Part shown: positions 19,130 to 28,883 of the stretch, in pieces
Layout of the letters: the number at the start of each line of letters is the position of its first letter
Position numbering within the stretch: position 1 is the first letter of the stretch
DNA from: an uncultured delta proteobacterium
GTDB lineage: Bacteria; Myxococcota_A; Polyangia; Fen-1088
NCBI GenBank assembly: GCA_963737265.1
Contig: CAVTRY010000011.1
Coordinates: 576,001-640,000 of the forward strand
Direction of reading: 5' to 3'
DNA: 64,000 nt
Made by a program: the position numbers and the translations under genes
Notes under the pieces: model-generated
Database searches by the model: none
What the model was told of the DNA's origin: nothing
The model's input: the letters and a program-made list of their open reading frames with translations, nothing else

Positions 19130-19810
19130 TTATAGATTCACGTTTGCGATTTGCAATCGAGAGGACGACGCGAAAATTCGTACTGTCGCCATGCCGAACG
19201 ACTTGTCGAACGAACGCGCCACGCTTTCCGCGACCACGTCGGTCCTGGGCGCGAATCCCACGAGTTTCGCAATCGAGGTAACGCCTGTGCCGCCAAGACC
19301 GCACGGCACGATGGAGCGAAAGCCTGTGAGATCGATGCTGCAGTTGAGGGCGAAGCCATGAATTGCGACGCGATGGCGGACGTGCACGCCAAACGCGCAA
19401 ATTTTGTCCGAACCGACCCATACCCCTGGACATGAATCGCGCCATTCGGAAGAGATGCCGAGATCGGCCAGCACCGCGATGATTCCGTCGGCCATGGCTG
19501 CCACGTGGGCGCGGACCCCGCGGCGTAGGCGAAACACCGGGTATCCGACCAGCTGGCCCGGGCCGTGAAAGGTGACGTCGCCGCCCCGGGTGGATCGTTC
19601 GACCGCAATGCCAGCTGCGCGAAGCCATTCTGGCGTGGCCACAATGTTGCTGGGATCAGCGCCCCGGCCCAGCGTGATGACCGGCTCGTGCTCAAGCAGA
19701 AGCAATGTGTCCGGTCCCCTACCCTCCGCGACCTGGCTGCGGACTTTCTCCTGGAGGAGCAATGCCCTTGCGTAGGACAAAGAGCCTAACCACGCCCACT
19801 CTGCGTACAA
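19130..19810 (-). CDS. lipB: Lipoyl(octanoyl) transferase
   Basis: LLEHEPVITLG, RGGDVTFHGPGQLVGYP, HGFALN and IVPCG motifs. Confidence 0.93.
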   Translation of the reverse strand: MYAEWAWLGSLSYARALLLQEKVRSQVAEGRGPDTLLLLEHEPVITLGRGADPSNIVATPEWLRAAGIAVERSTRGGDVTFHGPGQLVGYPVFRLRRGVRAHVAAMADGIIAVLADLGISSEWRDSCPGVWVGSDKICAFGVHVRHRVAIHGFALNCSIDLTGFRSIVPCGLGGTGVTSIAKLVGFAPRTDVVAESVARSFDKSFGMATVRIFASSSRLQIANVNL

Positions 19811-19818
19811 CAGCCGGC

Positions 19819-21442
19819 CTATCCCTCCGAGAGCTCGGCGAAGAAGTCGGCGTCGACCAAGTCCACCGCGAGCGAAGCGCTGACCACGCCGATGCCGTGG
19901 CGCAAGCAGGTTTCCGCCAAGGCTGGCCCATCCACGATCTCAATCGGCTGCCCGGACTGCTTCCACTCGTTGATAGCATCGTCGGCCAGACGTCCCGACA
20001 GCAGCAAGAGGCCTTCGTCCTGGTTGCGCGCGCGAACTCCGGCGCGCAGCTCGCCGAGCGCTCGGCGCCCGGCGGCGCTGACCCCTGGGCGCAAGGCGAT
20101 GAGGCAACGCGACGGCCGAAATCCTCGACCCCGCAAAGCCTCAACGTAGATGGTGCCCTCGACCCGCTTGACGAAGGTGGCCGGGCCGAATCCTTCCCGT
20201 TGCAGGACGACGCGAGCGACGGCCTCGAACGAGGCCGGTGCCAACTCTCCCAGGCGCTGTTCAAGCGCCGCCAGGGTCCGCTCGCGCAGCGCACGGCAGG
20301 CCTCGCCAAAAACGAACTCGGCCTTTTCGAGGTCGGCGTCGGGTACGCGCCTCGACAGTGCATAAAGGCCACTCCCGGCGGACTTGATGCGCGGCCTCAC
20401 TCCCGCCCGCAACCGCTCCTTCGATTCGGAGGCCAGGGCGGCTCGCATCACCCGCCACGCTTCGTTCGGCTCACCGTGAATGAGACGGCGCCGAACGGCG
20501 CTATCCGCAATCTGTCGCACGTGGACTCCGCGTCCGGGGGTCTGACCCTTGAGAACTTCGATGGCAGCATCCACCGGAGACAAGACCTTACGGCCGGCCT
20601 GACTCGGCCCCTCGGCCGGCAGCGCCGAGGCTTGGGCTCCAGAGTTGCCGCTGCCGGCAGGACCAGGAGACGGCTCAGCCGACGATGCCGGCAGCGGGGT
20701 CGACTCGACGTCTGGCGACGCGGACGCGCGCGCCTGCGAATCCACCGGAATTTCCGTCTTGGACGCTCTGTCCGTGGCATCTCCTTCGCTGTCCGTTTCG
20801 GCGTCAGTCGACGAGACCCGTCTCGGCGCCGTGTCGTCCGTGTCGCCGTCATCCTCATCTATCTCGCCTGTTTCATCTACTTCGTCTGCTTCTTCAATGG
20901 CGCCTTCGAGCACGCCGGTTTCGGCCAGCGCGGCGGCTCGCGCCTCGGCAGAAAGCGTACCGATTCTGAGGCTCCTCGGCCTCGTCGTGTTCGTTGGCAC
21001 TCGCCTCGCGAACAGCCTCGTAGGCCCCGCTTTCTGCCGGCGCCTCGGTCGGAGTCTCCATACGCGTCTCTTCACCTCCCCGGTGATCTCGACGTCGGCC
21101 GCGACCTCCGCGCCGTCGGCGTCGCCCGCGCGCATCGGCGCCTGCCTCCGCGGGCTTCTCCTCAACCGTCGGCTTAGTCTCTTCTTTTGTTTCTTCAACC
21201 ACCGGTTCGGCGACCGCCTCCGGGTAGCGCAGAAGACCGAACACGCCGGGCTTAACCCGGACGAAAGGAGCGCCGGGAGCCTTTTTCACCGCGCCGGTGA
21301 GCTGGGTTTGCATGGTGACTTCCGGGGTTCGCCCCACGAAGGTCAGGAGTTTGCGCTCCAAGGCTTTTTCGGTCAGCTCTTTGTAGTGCAGTGGTTTACG
21401 CTCGCGCTTGAGGATCTCGAGCGCCGCTTCGAGGAATGTCAT
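19819..21442 (-). CDS. HARE-HTH, acidic linker, second HARE-HTH and Mrr-like restriction-endonuclease-fold protein (apparent frameshift near 20965)
   Basis: ORF 20894..21442 (MTFLEAALEILKRERKPLHYKELTEKA...GRTPEVTM) continues into ORF 19819..21198 (second HTH PVDAAIEVLK; Mrr-like SFEAV...IEIVDGPALAE..LRHGIGV). Removing one A joins the frames. Confidence 0.75.
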
Positions 21443-21551
21443 AGGGCCTGTTTCCTACCACAAACCGCGCGCCCGTGGTGTGCCCAGCGACGAGCGCGCT
21501 CATTTGGTGTGTTTTTTTGACCCTGCCGCCTAGGAAAGGTACCCGTGGTAC

Positions 21552-22553
21552 ATGAGTTTCAGCAGGAAGATCGGAGTTCTCCTAGGTGGTCTTGCGGTCG
21601 AACGCGATGCTTCGATTCGTGCTGGAGAAGCCGTCGTTAAGGCTCTGCGCTGTGCGGGTCACCAGGCCTGTCCGATGTTCGTAGACCGGGACATCGACGT
21701 GGCCTTACGTCAGATACGAATCGACGTCGCATTCATGGCGGGAAGAGGTCGTTACAGCGCGGACGGCTGCCTGCAGGGCTTTCTAGAGCTGCAAGGAATT
21801 CCCTACACCGGCTCCGGCGTACTCGCCAGCAGCCTCGCCATGAACCGCGCCAAGACCAAGGACATCCTTCGGCTATTCAATCTACCCGTGGCTCCGGGGT
21901 ATGTTGTGTGCGGCGACCACAAAGGTGATTTGACTGAAGTCCATGGTGCTTTCGGCTTTCCGGTTGTGGTTCGTCCGGTGAGCGCGTCCCTGCTTTCAGG
22001 TGGAACGCTCGCTCGCGACGAGCTTGAGCTGGAAGGTGCCCTCGACGACGTGTTCAGGCTGGAGGATCACGCGCTGGTCGAAAGATTTGTGCAGGGGCGC
22101 CCGCTCACGGTGGGCATTCTCGACGGCGCCGCCTTGGGGCTTGTGGAGGTTCCGCGCGCCGGTTCCTGGGTAGGATTGCGTTCGGTCGGGGCGCGCGGCC
22201 AGGAGCTGTGCGCCCCCGTCCGCCTTTCGCGCGAGCGCTACGACTCCGTGCTACGCCTGGCGACGCAAGCCTACGATGCCCTTGGCTGTGAAGGTCCGGC
22301 GTGCGTAGAGATGCTGGCGAGCGAGCGCCTCAACGAAACCATCATCGACATCGACACCTCGCCCGTCCTCTTACCGAGTAGCCCGCTGCCGCTTATCGCG
22401 CAGCAGGCGGGGCTTTCCTATCAAGCCTTCGTGGAGGAGATTCTTCATGGGGCTCGCCTGCGATCGCATGGGCGGCACGGCAATCGTCGAGCGCTTCAGA
22501 CCGCCTTTGTGGGACTGGACCGCCGCTCCCACGCGATCCCGGAAACGCATTGA
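21552..22553 (+). CDS. D-Ala-D-Ala ligase homolog with degenerate catalytic motifs
   Basis: KIGVLLGG..ER.AS, DGCLQGFLELQGIPYTGSG..AS.LAM and LVERFVQG motifs; VKP appears as VRP and EVNT as DIDT. Confidence 0.8.
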   Translation: MSFSRKIGVLLGGLAVERDASIRAGEAVVKALRCAGHQACPMFVDRDIDVALRQIRIDVAFMAGRGRYSADGCLQGFLELQGIPYTGSGVLASSLAMNRAKTKDILRLFNLPVAPGYVVCGDHKGDLTEVHGAFGFPVVVRPVSASLLSGGTLARDELELEGALDDVFRLEDHALVERFVQGRPLTVGILDGAALGLVEVPRAGSWVGLRSVGARGQELCAPVRLSRERYDSVLRLATQAYDALGCEGPACVEMLASERLNETIIDIDTSPVLLPSSPLPLIAQQAGLSYQAFVEEILHGARLRSHGRHGNRRALQTAFVGLDRRSHAIPETH

Positions 22554-22617
22554 TGCCCCCAAAACCAGACGATCCTCGGGATGATCCTCTGTCGCATTCG
22601 GGCTAGGATGAAGCAGT

Positions 22618-24681
22618 TTGTCGCGCAGGCATCGCCTAATCGCCGTCGTCGTCTTCTCCGCGCTGATTTTCGCGTGCGGAACGGGCCTCGCCCTGTGGTG
22701 GTGGAAAGCACCTTCCCTGGTTCTTCGCCAGGTCGAAAGAATGACCGGCCATCGCGCGACACTCGGTGGACTGTCCCTGACCCACCGCCTTGACTTGGTC
22801 GCCTACGACGTGCGCATCGCGGGTGCGCCTCCATTCGAGTCGCACACCCTCGCACACGCGGATCGGGTGACGGTGCGATTGGGTGGCCGGGGCGGGCTCC
22901 TCGCCGCTTCCGAGATCGTGATCGACGGGTTGGAGGTGGAATACCTAGGAACCGACGCTGGCGACAACCTGAGAATCCCCGCCACGGCTGCCCAGAGGTT
23001 GGCGCGCACGCAGGCCGGTTCCGACCAGCCGTGGCTACCGCGGATCATCGTGCGCGCAGCGCGATTGCACGGCACGGTCGAGCTTCCGCACATGCCACGC
23101 ATCGCTTTTCGCGTACCGCAAGCCGAGATTGAACGCGCATCTGACGGCGCGATGTCGACATCGCTTCACCGTCTGGTCGTCGACGCCGACGCGCTGGGCT
23201 CCCTACGCGCGCTGGCGGTCACGGTGAAGGCCGATCGTGGCGGATTGCTCGCCGCCACCGGAACTGGTGTCGCCGTCGAAGTGCCGGGCGGCGGGACCTT
23301 GCTCGAAAACCTAACTCTGGGTGGGAAACACTCCGCCACCGACACCGAATTCGAGTTGCGCAACGGTGATGGCGGGGCGACCCCGGCGGTGATTGACGCC
23401 CATTGGAACGCGCAATCCGCGGAGCTTTCTGTAGCCGCCGAGGATATTGCGCTGCGTGCCTTGGCTGCGTTGCCCGCCAGCCACGCGCTCGGATTTGAAG
23501 ACGCGAAAGCGTCGCTGCGTGTTTCGCTAGCCCTCGACCGCATCGGTTTGAGCGCCGACTACTCCATGACGGGGAAAATTCGCGGTCTCGATGTCCTGCA
23601 CCCGGCAATCGATCGCGTTCCGTGGCGCCATCAAGACGTCGCGCTGGGCTTGAACGGAAGGGTCGACCTGACATCGAACCGCTTGACCATCGCGGGTGGA
23701 CAGTTGAAGGCGGTCGGAGCCACCTTGTCCGTGAAGGGCTGGATAGATGTCACGGCCGCCCCGCGCGGCGCTCTCGTCTTCGCGACTCCTCGCCGAGCAC
23801 CCCTTTCGTGCACCTCCATATTTTTCGCCCTGCCCGCGCCCGTCCAGCAAGCACTCTTTGGCATGGAGGTCGACGGAAGACTTGGGATGAGCCTGGCCCT
23901 GGCATTCGACGCCACGGCTTGGGAAGATCTCAAGCTCGATCTTCAGATCGATCCGGTCTGCACGGTAAGAAAGGAAGCGCAGGTCATGGCAAACCTACTG
24001 CCCGCCCTCGTCAGTTCCTCGATAACACCGTCCCTGCCGGTGGCGACGAAGTTGCCGCTTGGCCGTGCCTTCGCCGACTTCGTTCCCCTTGCGCTTATGC
24101 CGAGACACCTGCCGTCGGCCTTTCTCACGTCGGAGGATTCCAAGTTCTTCCACCACAACGGATTCGACCTCGACATGATTCGTCATGCGTTGGCACAGGA
24201 TCTGGAAAACCGGACCTTCGGACGCGGCGCCAGCACGATCACGCAGCAGCTTGCCAAAAACCTCTTCCTCACCAACCAGCGCACCGTCGCGAGGAAGCTG
24301 GAAGAGGCTGTCCTGACTTGGCGACTGCACAAGCTTCTCAGCAAGGATCGGGTGCTTGAACTCTACCTTAACGTCATCGAGCTGGGTCCGGGAATCCGCG
24401 GTGTGGGACAAGCCGCGCGCGTCTATTTCGGCAAGGACGTCGCCGATCTCACCCCACTCGAATCCGCCCACCTCGCCGCGCTGACCCCCAATCCGCACGT
24501 TCTCGCGCGGCGTTTTCGCGAAGGTCAGGTTGACGAGGGATGGCGGCAGCGGCTCTACGATTTGCTGGGCATGATGAAACGCCACGGTCGATTGACGCCG
24601 GCCGAGTTGGGCGCGGCACGCGCGAGCAAACTGGTCTTGCGCGACCTCAGCGTAGAGGGTGCGCAGCGTGGATCGCGCTAG
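22618..24681 (+). CDS. Peptidoglycan transglycosylase (GT51) with long AsmA-like N-terminal region
   Basis: EDSKFFHHNG, GASTITQQLAKNL, RKLEE and K.RVLELYLN GT51 motifs; N-terminal TM; no transpeptidase domain. Confidence 0.88.
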   Translation: MSRRHRLIAVVVFSALIFACGTGLALWWWKAPSLVLRQVERMTGHRATLGGLSLTHRLDLVAYDVRIAGAPPFESHTLAHADRVTVRLGGRGGLLAASEIVIDGLEVEYLGTDAGDNLRIPATAAQRLARTQAGSDQPWLPRIIVRAARLHGTVELPHMPRIAFRVPQAEIERASDGAMSTSLHRLVVDADALGSLRALAVTVKADRGGLLAATGTGVAVEVPGGGTLLENLTLGGKHSATDTEFELRNGDGGATPAVIDAHWNAQSAELSVAAEDIALRALAALPASHALGFEDAKASLRVSLALDRIGLSADYSMTGKIRGLDVLHPAIDRVPWRHQDVALGLNGRVDLTSNRLTIAGGQLKAVGATLSVKGWIDVTAAPRGALVFATPRRAPLSCTSIFFALPAPVQQALFGMEVDGRLGMSLALAFDATAWEDLKLDLQIDPVCTVRKEAQVMANLLPALVSSSITPSLPVATKLPLGRAFADFVPLALMPRHLPSAFLTSEDSKFFHHNGFDLDMIRHALAQDLENRTFGRGASTITQQLAKNLFLTNQRTVARKLEEAVLTWRLHKLLSKDRVLELYLNVIELGPGIRGVGQAARVYFGKDVADLTPLESAHLAALTPNPHVLARRFREGQVDEGWRQRLYDLLGMMKRHGRLTPAELGAARASKLVLRDLSVEGAQRGSR

Positions 24682-26221
24682 CGCGCCGTGGGGTTTCTCG
24701 GCACCAGTCGCAACACGCAGGAATCCGCCGTTACGTCCCCGGCGACGTGAATAGACAGCGGCGCTGGCGATACGAGCCTATCGGTGCGGGCGGCAAGCAC
24801 ATAGTCCCCGTGTGGCACCTGGACGAGGAAGGTTCCTTTTGCGTCCGTTGTCACTCGCACGGCCGAGCGCGCCGGCTTGCCTACAGGTCGGGCGTCGACC
24901 ACGGCGCCCTCGACGGGGTGGTCGGCTTCGTCCAAGACTTGGCCCGCCAGGCTCGCTCCCGAGATGAGCGTCAAATCGCCGAGGTCGCGCACATCGCCGG
25001 GCACGAGCAGCAAGGGCTCGCGCCGAAATGGGAGTTTTCGCGGATGACGTATCGCGATCCTGGCGCGTCCAGGCGAAAGCCCGCGAATTGCGAAGGCGCC
25101 GGTATTATCCGTTCGAGCCGGATCGCACACCGCCTGGGCGAATCAACTTGTCCGCAGGCAGCTCGGCCGCCTCGGCGGCGAGCGGAAGTGAACCCAGGAT
25201 GACGACCAGTTCATCGCGACCACCGATGAGCGAAATTGCCGACACTTGAACTCCCTCCATGGGTTGCCCCGATTCGTTCGAGCACGCGTCCGAGAATGCG
25301 CGCAGTGCGGGCCAGTCGCAGATCGAAGGACACTCTTGCACGCGACCCGAGCTGGGCCTCGGGAGCGTCGAGCAGCACGTAGTTGTCGAGGCGGGCCAAC
25401 ACCTGGTACTTTCCCGGCGCGATGGGCCCGAGGCTGTAGCGCCCATCGCTGGCGGCTTGCGCCGACAGCGGCAGATCATCGATTGGCACGGCCAAAACAT
25501 CCACGATGGCGCCTGGCAGTAAGCGACCATGGTCGTCCATGACCCGTCCCCCGACAAATACGCCGGGCTGGAGCACCAAGCGCGCATGGGCTGGTCGCAG
25601 GACCGCCTCGTCGAGAACCAGGCTCGTGGCCGGGGACGCCGAAAGGTTCAAGGTCGCCCGAAGGGTGAACCTGCCGTTGCCGAGACCATTCACGATGAAA
25701 ATTCCGTTGGCGTCGCTTGTCACGGCTCGTGTCCAGCGCATTCCGGGGCCGCCCACCACGACTCTGGCTCCAGCTTGCGGCTTGCCGGAGCTGTCCGCGA
25801 CAACGCCAGACAGGGTTCGGCTTTCGCCCTCGAGCATCAGTTCCGCCGGACCGTCCTCGGGCACTTGGCGCTCGGTTTCCAGCGTGCCAAGGCCGGACGC
25901 TTCGACCAGCAGCATCCAACGATCCGGGCGCAGACCAGGGAGCAGGAAGCGGCCTTCTTCGTCCGACCGTGCCTGGGCCACAGCCTCGCCGCGCTTCCCT
26001 TTGGGCCAGGCGATGACCAGGACGTCGGACAGCGGAACGCCTCGTCTGTCCTTCACCACTCCCTCGAGATTCGTGGGCGGGAGGTCGATTGGGCGTAAGC
26101 CGACGTCCGCAAGCCCGGCCGTCTTACCGGAGGATTTTTCCCGACACCCCGCTTGGATGAACGCCGTGAGCAGGAGGCCCGTGACGAGAAGGTTTGATTG
26201 CGCGCTTGCAGAGAGCATCAA
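24678..26221 (-). CDS. Lipoprotein with repeated carboxypeptidase-regulatory-like (transthyretin-like) domains; two apparent frameshifts (~25278, ~25120)
   Basis: Repeats G.V.D..G.P...A.V...SD..G.F span three ORF frames (25211..26221, part of 25105..25587, 24678..25130); lipobox QAGC. Confidence 0.75.
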
Positions 26222-26254
26222 CTGGTGCTACTTCTACCCCCCTCCGGAGAACCC

Positions 26255-26446
26255 ATGCCAGCGCAGTGTGAAATTTGTGGCAAGCAGCGACAGGTGGCTA
26301 ACAGAGTTAGCCACTCGAATATCAAAACCAAGAGCATTCAGCGGCCGAACCTGCAGCGAGTGCATATCCTGGTGGGCAGCACGCGCAAGCACATCCGTGT
26401 TTGCACCCGCTGCCTGCGCTCGGGCAAGATAGCCAAAGCCATCTGA
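26255..26446 (+). CDS. rpmB: 50S ribosomal protein L28 (Zn-ribbon form)
   Basis: MPAQCEICGK...NRVSHSNIKTK...PNLQ...VCTRCLRSG; RBS GGAG. Confidence 0.95.
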   Translation: MPAQCEICGKQRQVANRVSHSNIKTKSIQRPNLQRVHILVGSTRKHIRVCTRCLRSGKIAKAI

Positions 26447-26502
26447 GCATCGCCGCTGCGCAGACAGGCATCATTGCGCCCGACACGCTAGCTGTGCCCC
26501 AG

Positions 26503-26907
26503 CTAGGGTGCCACCGCAATGGCGTCGATTTCGACCTGCGCTCCGCGTGGAAGCGCGGCGACCTGTACGGTTGCGCGAGCGGGCGGGCTGGCCGTGAAGT
26601 AGGTGGCGTAGGTTTCGTTGACCACGGAAAACGTCCCGAGGTCGGCCAGATAGATCGTGGTCTTGACGACCCGGTCCAGCGACGAGCCGGCGGCACGCAA
26701 CACAGCGGCCAAGTTCTTCATCACCCGGTGAACTTGCTCACGCACGTCGCCGGTCCCGACAAGGTCGCCGGACTGCGGGTCGATTGGAATTTGTCCGGAG
26801 CAGAACACCAAGCGGCCTGCCGGGACGGCGACGGCCTGGGAATACGGGCCGATGGCCTTGGGCGCATCGGAAGTGGCAATGATTTCGTGAGGCACGGTGG
26901 CAGGCAT
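26503..26907 (-). CDS. ridA: RidA family enamine/imine deaminase
   Basis: APKAIGPYSQA, SGQIP, VVKTT, PARATVQVAALP and VEI motifs. Confidence 0.9.
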   Translation of the reverse strand: MPATVPHEIIATSDAPKAIGPYSQAVAVPAGRLVFCSGQIPIDPQSGDLVGTGDVREQVHRVMKNLAAVLRAAGSSLDRVVKTTIYLADLGTFSVVNETYATYFTASPPARATVQVAALPRGAQVEIDAIAVAP

Positions 26908-26951
26908 AATGCCCAACATTACCGCTCCGCCGCCGCGCTTGCCAAGCGACG

Positions 26952-27305
26952 ATGGTGGGGTATACGTTCCGGGCTGTGAAGTCAGCAGCTCGGCCCCGGC
27001 GACGAAAAAGCGAGCCGCAGCACGCCTCGTCGCTGATGCCGGCTGTGATGGCCAGCATCGGCGGCGACCAGCGCGCGCGTGAACAGCGCGTTTTCGCCAT
27101 CTACGGCGAGGTCGGCGGCGAATTCTTGCGCAAGCACTCGCGTCCCGACGCATTGCGAGACTCGACGTTGGTCGTGCGGGTGTCGAGCTCCGCCATCGCC
27201 CACCATCTAACCATCCTACGCGGCGAAATTTTGCGAAAAATGTCTCCCCTGTTACCGCCCGGCATGGTCATCGAAATTCGGACGCGGGTAGGAACCATCG
27301 AATAG
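26952..27305 (+). CDS. DUF721/DciA family protein
   Basis: G..L.KHSRP..LRD.TL.VRV.SS..AHHL...R.EI pattern; 117 aa. Confidence 0.7.
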   Translation: MVGYTFRAVKSAARPRRRKSEPQHASSLMPAVMASIGGDQRAREQRVFAIYGEVGGEFLRKHSRPDALRDSTLVVRVSSSAIAHHLTILRGEILRKMSPLLPPGMVIEIRTRVGTIE

Positions 27306-27403
27306 ACGCCACCGGCGCGGAACGAGCGAGGCCGCCAATGCAAAGTGGACATTGACCTCGACTCACTATATGCCTTGGCGGGCGCGCAACAAGGCGCCCC
27401 ACC

Positions 27404-27730
27404 ATGGCGACAGATATCGACCACGAATCGGCATTCGACCCACGGCGTCGACTGTGTCCTGACGGAAGCTGCATTGGAGTCGTTGGTGGCGACGGCAAGT
27501 GTACGGTGTGTGGGGCATCAGATCCCGACGGGCCAGGGCCGGTGCAGCCCGCTAGCGAAATCATCGATCCTGGGCCCGAAGCTGCCGAGATTGCTTCGAT
27601 CGAGTCGAGCGCGCCTGCGCAGGGTACCGATTTCGACCCCAATCGCCGCTTGTGCTCGGACGAGAGCTGTATCGGCGTAGTCGGGGGCGACGGCCGATGC
27701 AAGCTGTGTGGAAAGCCCGCAATTCCTTGA
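27404..27730 (+). CDS. Small protein with two copies of a Cys4 motif
   Basis: FDPRRRLCPDGSCIGVVGGDGKCTVCG and FDPNRRLCSDESCIGVVGGDGRCKLCG. Confidence 0.75.
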   Translation: MATDIDHESAFDPRRRLCPDGSCIGVVGGDGKCTVCGASDPDGPGPVQPASEIIDPGPEAAEIASIESSAPAQGTDFDPNRRLCSDESCIGVVGGDGRCKLCGKPAIP

Positions 27731-27837
27731 GTATTCGGCTCGAACTTCTCGCGACTTAAAGTAAAACTCTAGAAGTGTGTTCGACCATCGCCTGCTGGCA
27801 ACTCGCCACATGCCCAGCAGCCGTGTAGAAAACCTTC

Positions 27838-28860
27838 ATGGACTCACTCTTCCTCGCTGCCTGCCGCGGAAAAGAAACTCCCAGGCCGCCGCTCTGGCTC
27901 ATGCGCCAGGCGGGTCGCTATCTGCCTGAATACCGCGAGGTGCGCAGTCACGTTACGTTTCTGGAGCTGTGCAAGACGCCCGCGCTGGCGGCAGAAGTGA
28001 CCTTGCAACCCATTCGGCGCTTCGGCTTCGATGCCGCGATCCTATTCTCGGATTTGCTCATCCCCATCGAAGCCATGGGACTGGAGGTTACATTTACCGA
28101 TCTCGGTCCCAGCCTGCCCGCACCGGTGCGCAACGCGCAGGACGTGGACCGCTTACGTGTCTTCGATCCGTGGCAGACCACGCCTTTCGTCCCCGAGACC
28201 ATCCGCCTGCTGCGCGACAAGCTCGGCGAGACGCCCCTCATTGGTTTCGCGGGGGCGCCGTTCACCGCTGCCACCTACGTCATCGAAGGCAAGACCGGCA
28301 AGAACTTCATCGAGACCAAGAAATTCTTCCACCGCGACCCCAAGTCTGCGCATCAGCTGCTCGCCCTCATCGAGGCGGCGACGCGCGGCTATCTGCTCGC
28401 CCAAGTCGCCGCTGGCGCGCAGGCCATCCAGATTTTCGATTCTTGGCTCGGCGTGGTCTCGCCCGAGGAATGGGACGAGTTCGTCTGTGGCCCCACCAAG
28501 GCACTCATCGCCGCCATCCACGCCACCGGCGTTCCCGTCATCTACTTTCCCAATGGCGCCACCACACTCCTTGAACGCATTGCGCAGGTGGGCGCCGATG
28601 TCTACAGCATCGATTGGCGGCTGCCGCTCGGTCAAGCGCGGGCACGGTTGCAAGCGGGTGGCGCGGGAGCGTTCGCGCTTCAAGGCAACTTGGATCCGGC
28701 ACTTCTTCTCGGCTCGGCGGATGGCTTGCGCAAGCAAGTCGCCGAGGTCGCGCGCGAGGGTGGCGGTCGCGGCCACGTCTTCAACTTGGGCCACGGCATC
28801 TATCCCGAAACGCCGATCGAAAACGTCGAAGTGCTGGTGCGCGCGGTTCGCGGCGAGTAG
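27838..28860 (+). CDS. hemE: Uroporphyrinogen decarboxylase
   Basis: WLMRQAGRYLPEY, DAAILFSD, GFAGAPFT, QGNLDP and FNLGHGI motifs. Confidence 0.96.
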   Translation: MDSLFLAACRGKETPRPPLWLMRQAGRYLPEYREVRSHVTFLELCKTPALAAEVTLQPIRRFGFDAAILFSDLLIPIEAMGLEVTFTDLGPSLPAPVRNAQDVDRLRVFDPWQTTPFVPETIRLLRDKLGETPLIGFAGAPFTAATYVIEGKTGKNFIETKKFFHRDPKSAHQLLALIEAATRGYLLAQVAAGAQAIQIFDSWLGVVSPEEWDEFVCGPTKALIAAIHATGVPVIYFPNGATTLLERIAQVGADVYSIDWRLPLGQARARLQAGGAGAFALQGNLDPALLLGSADGLRKQVAEVAREGGGRGHVFNLGHGIYPETPIENVEVLVRAVRGE

Positions 28861-28883
28861 CCACTTCCACGTCGACCAGAGCG

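Noticed and set aside
19819-20260. Mrr-like domain as an active type IV restriction system
   Set aside because: Catalytic residues are not evident, and it sits in a housekeeping context with no other defence genes.
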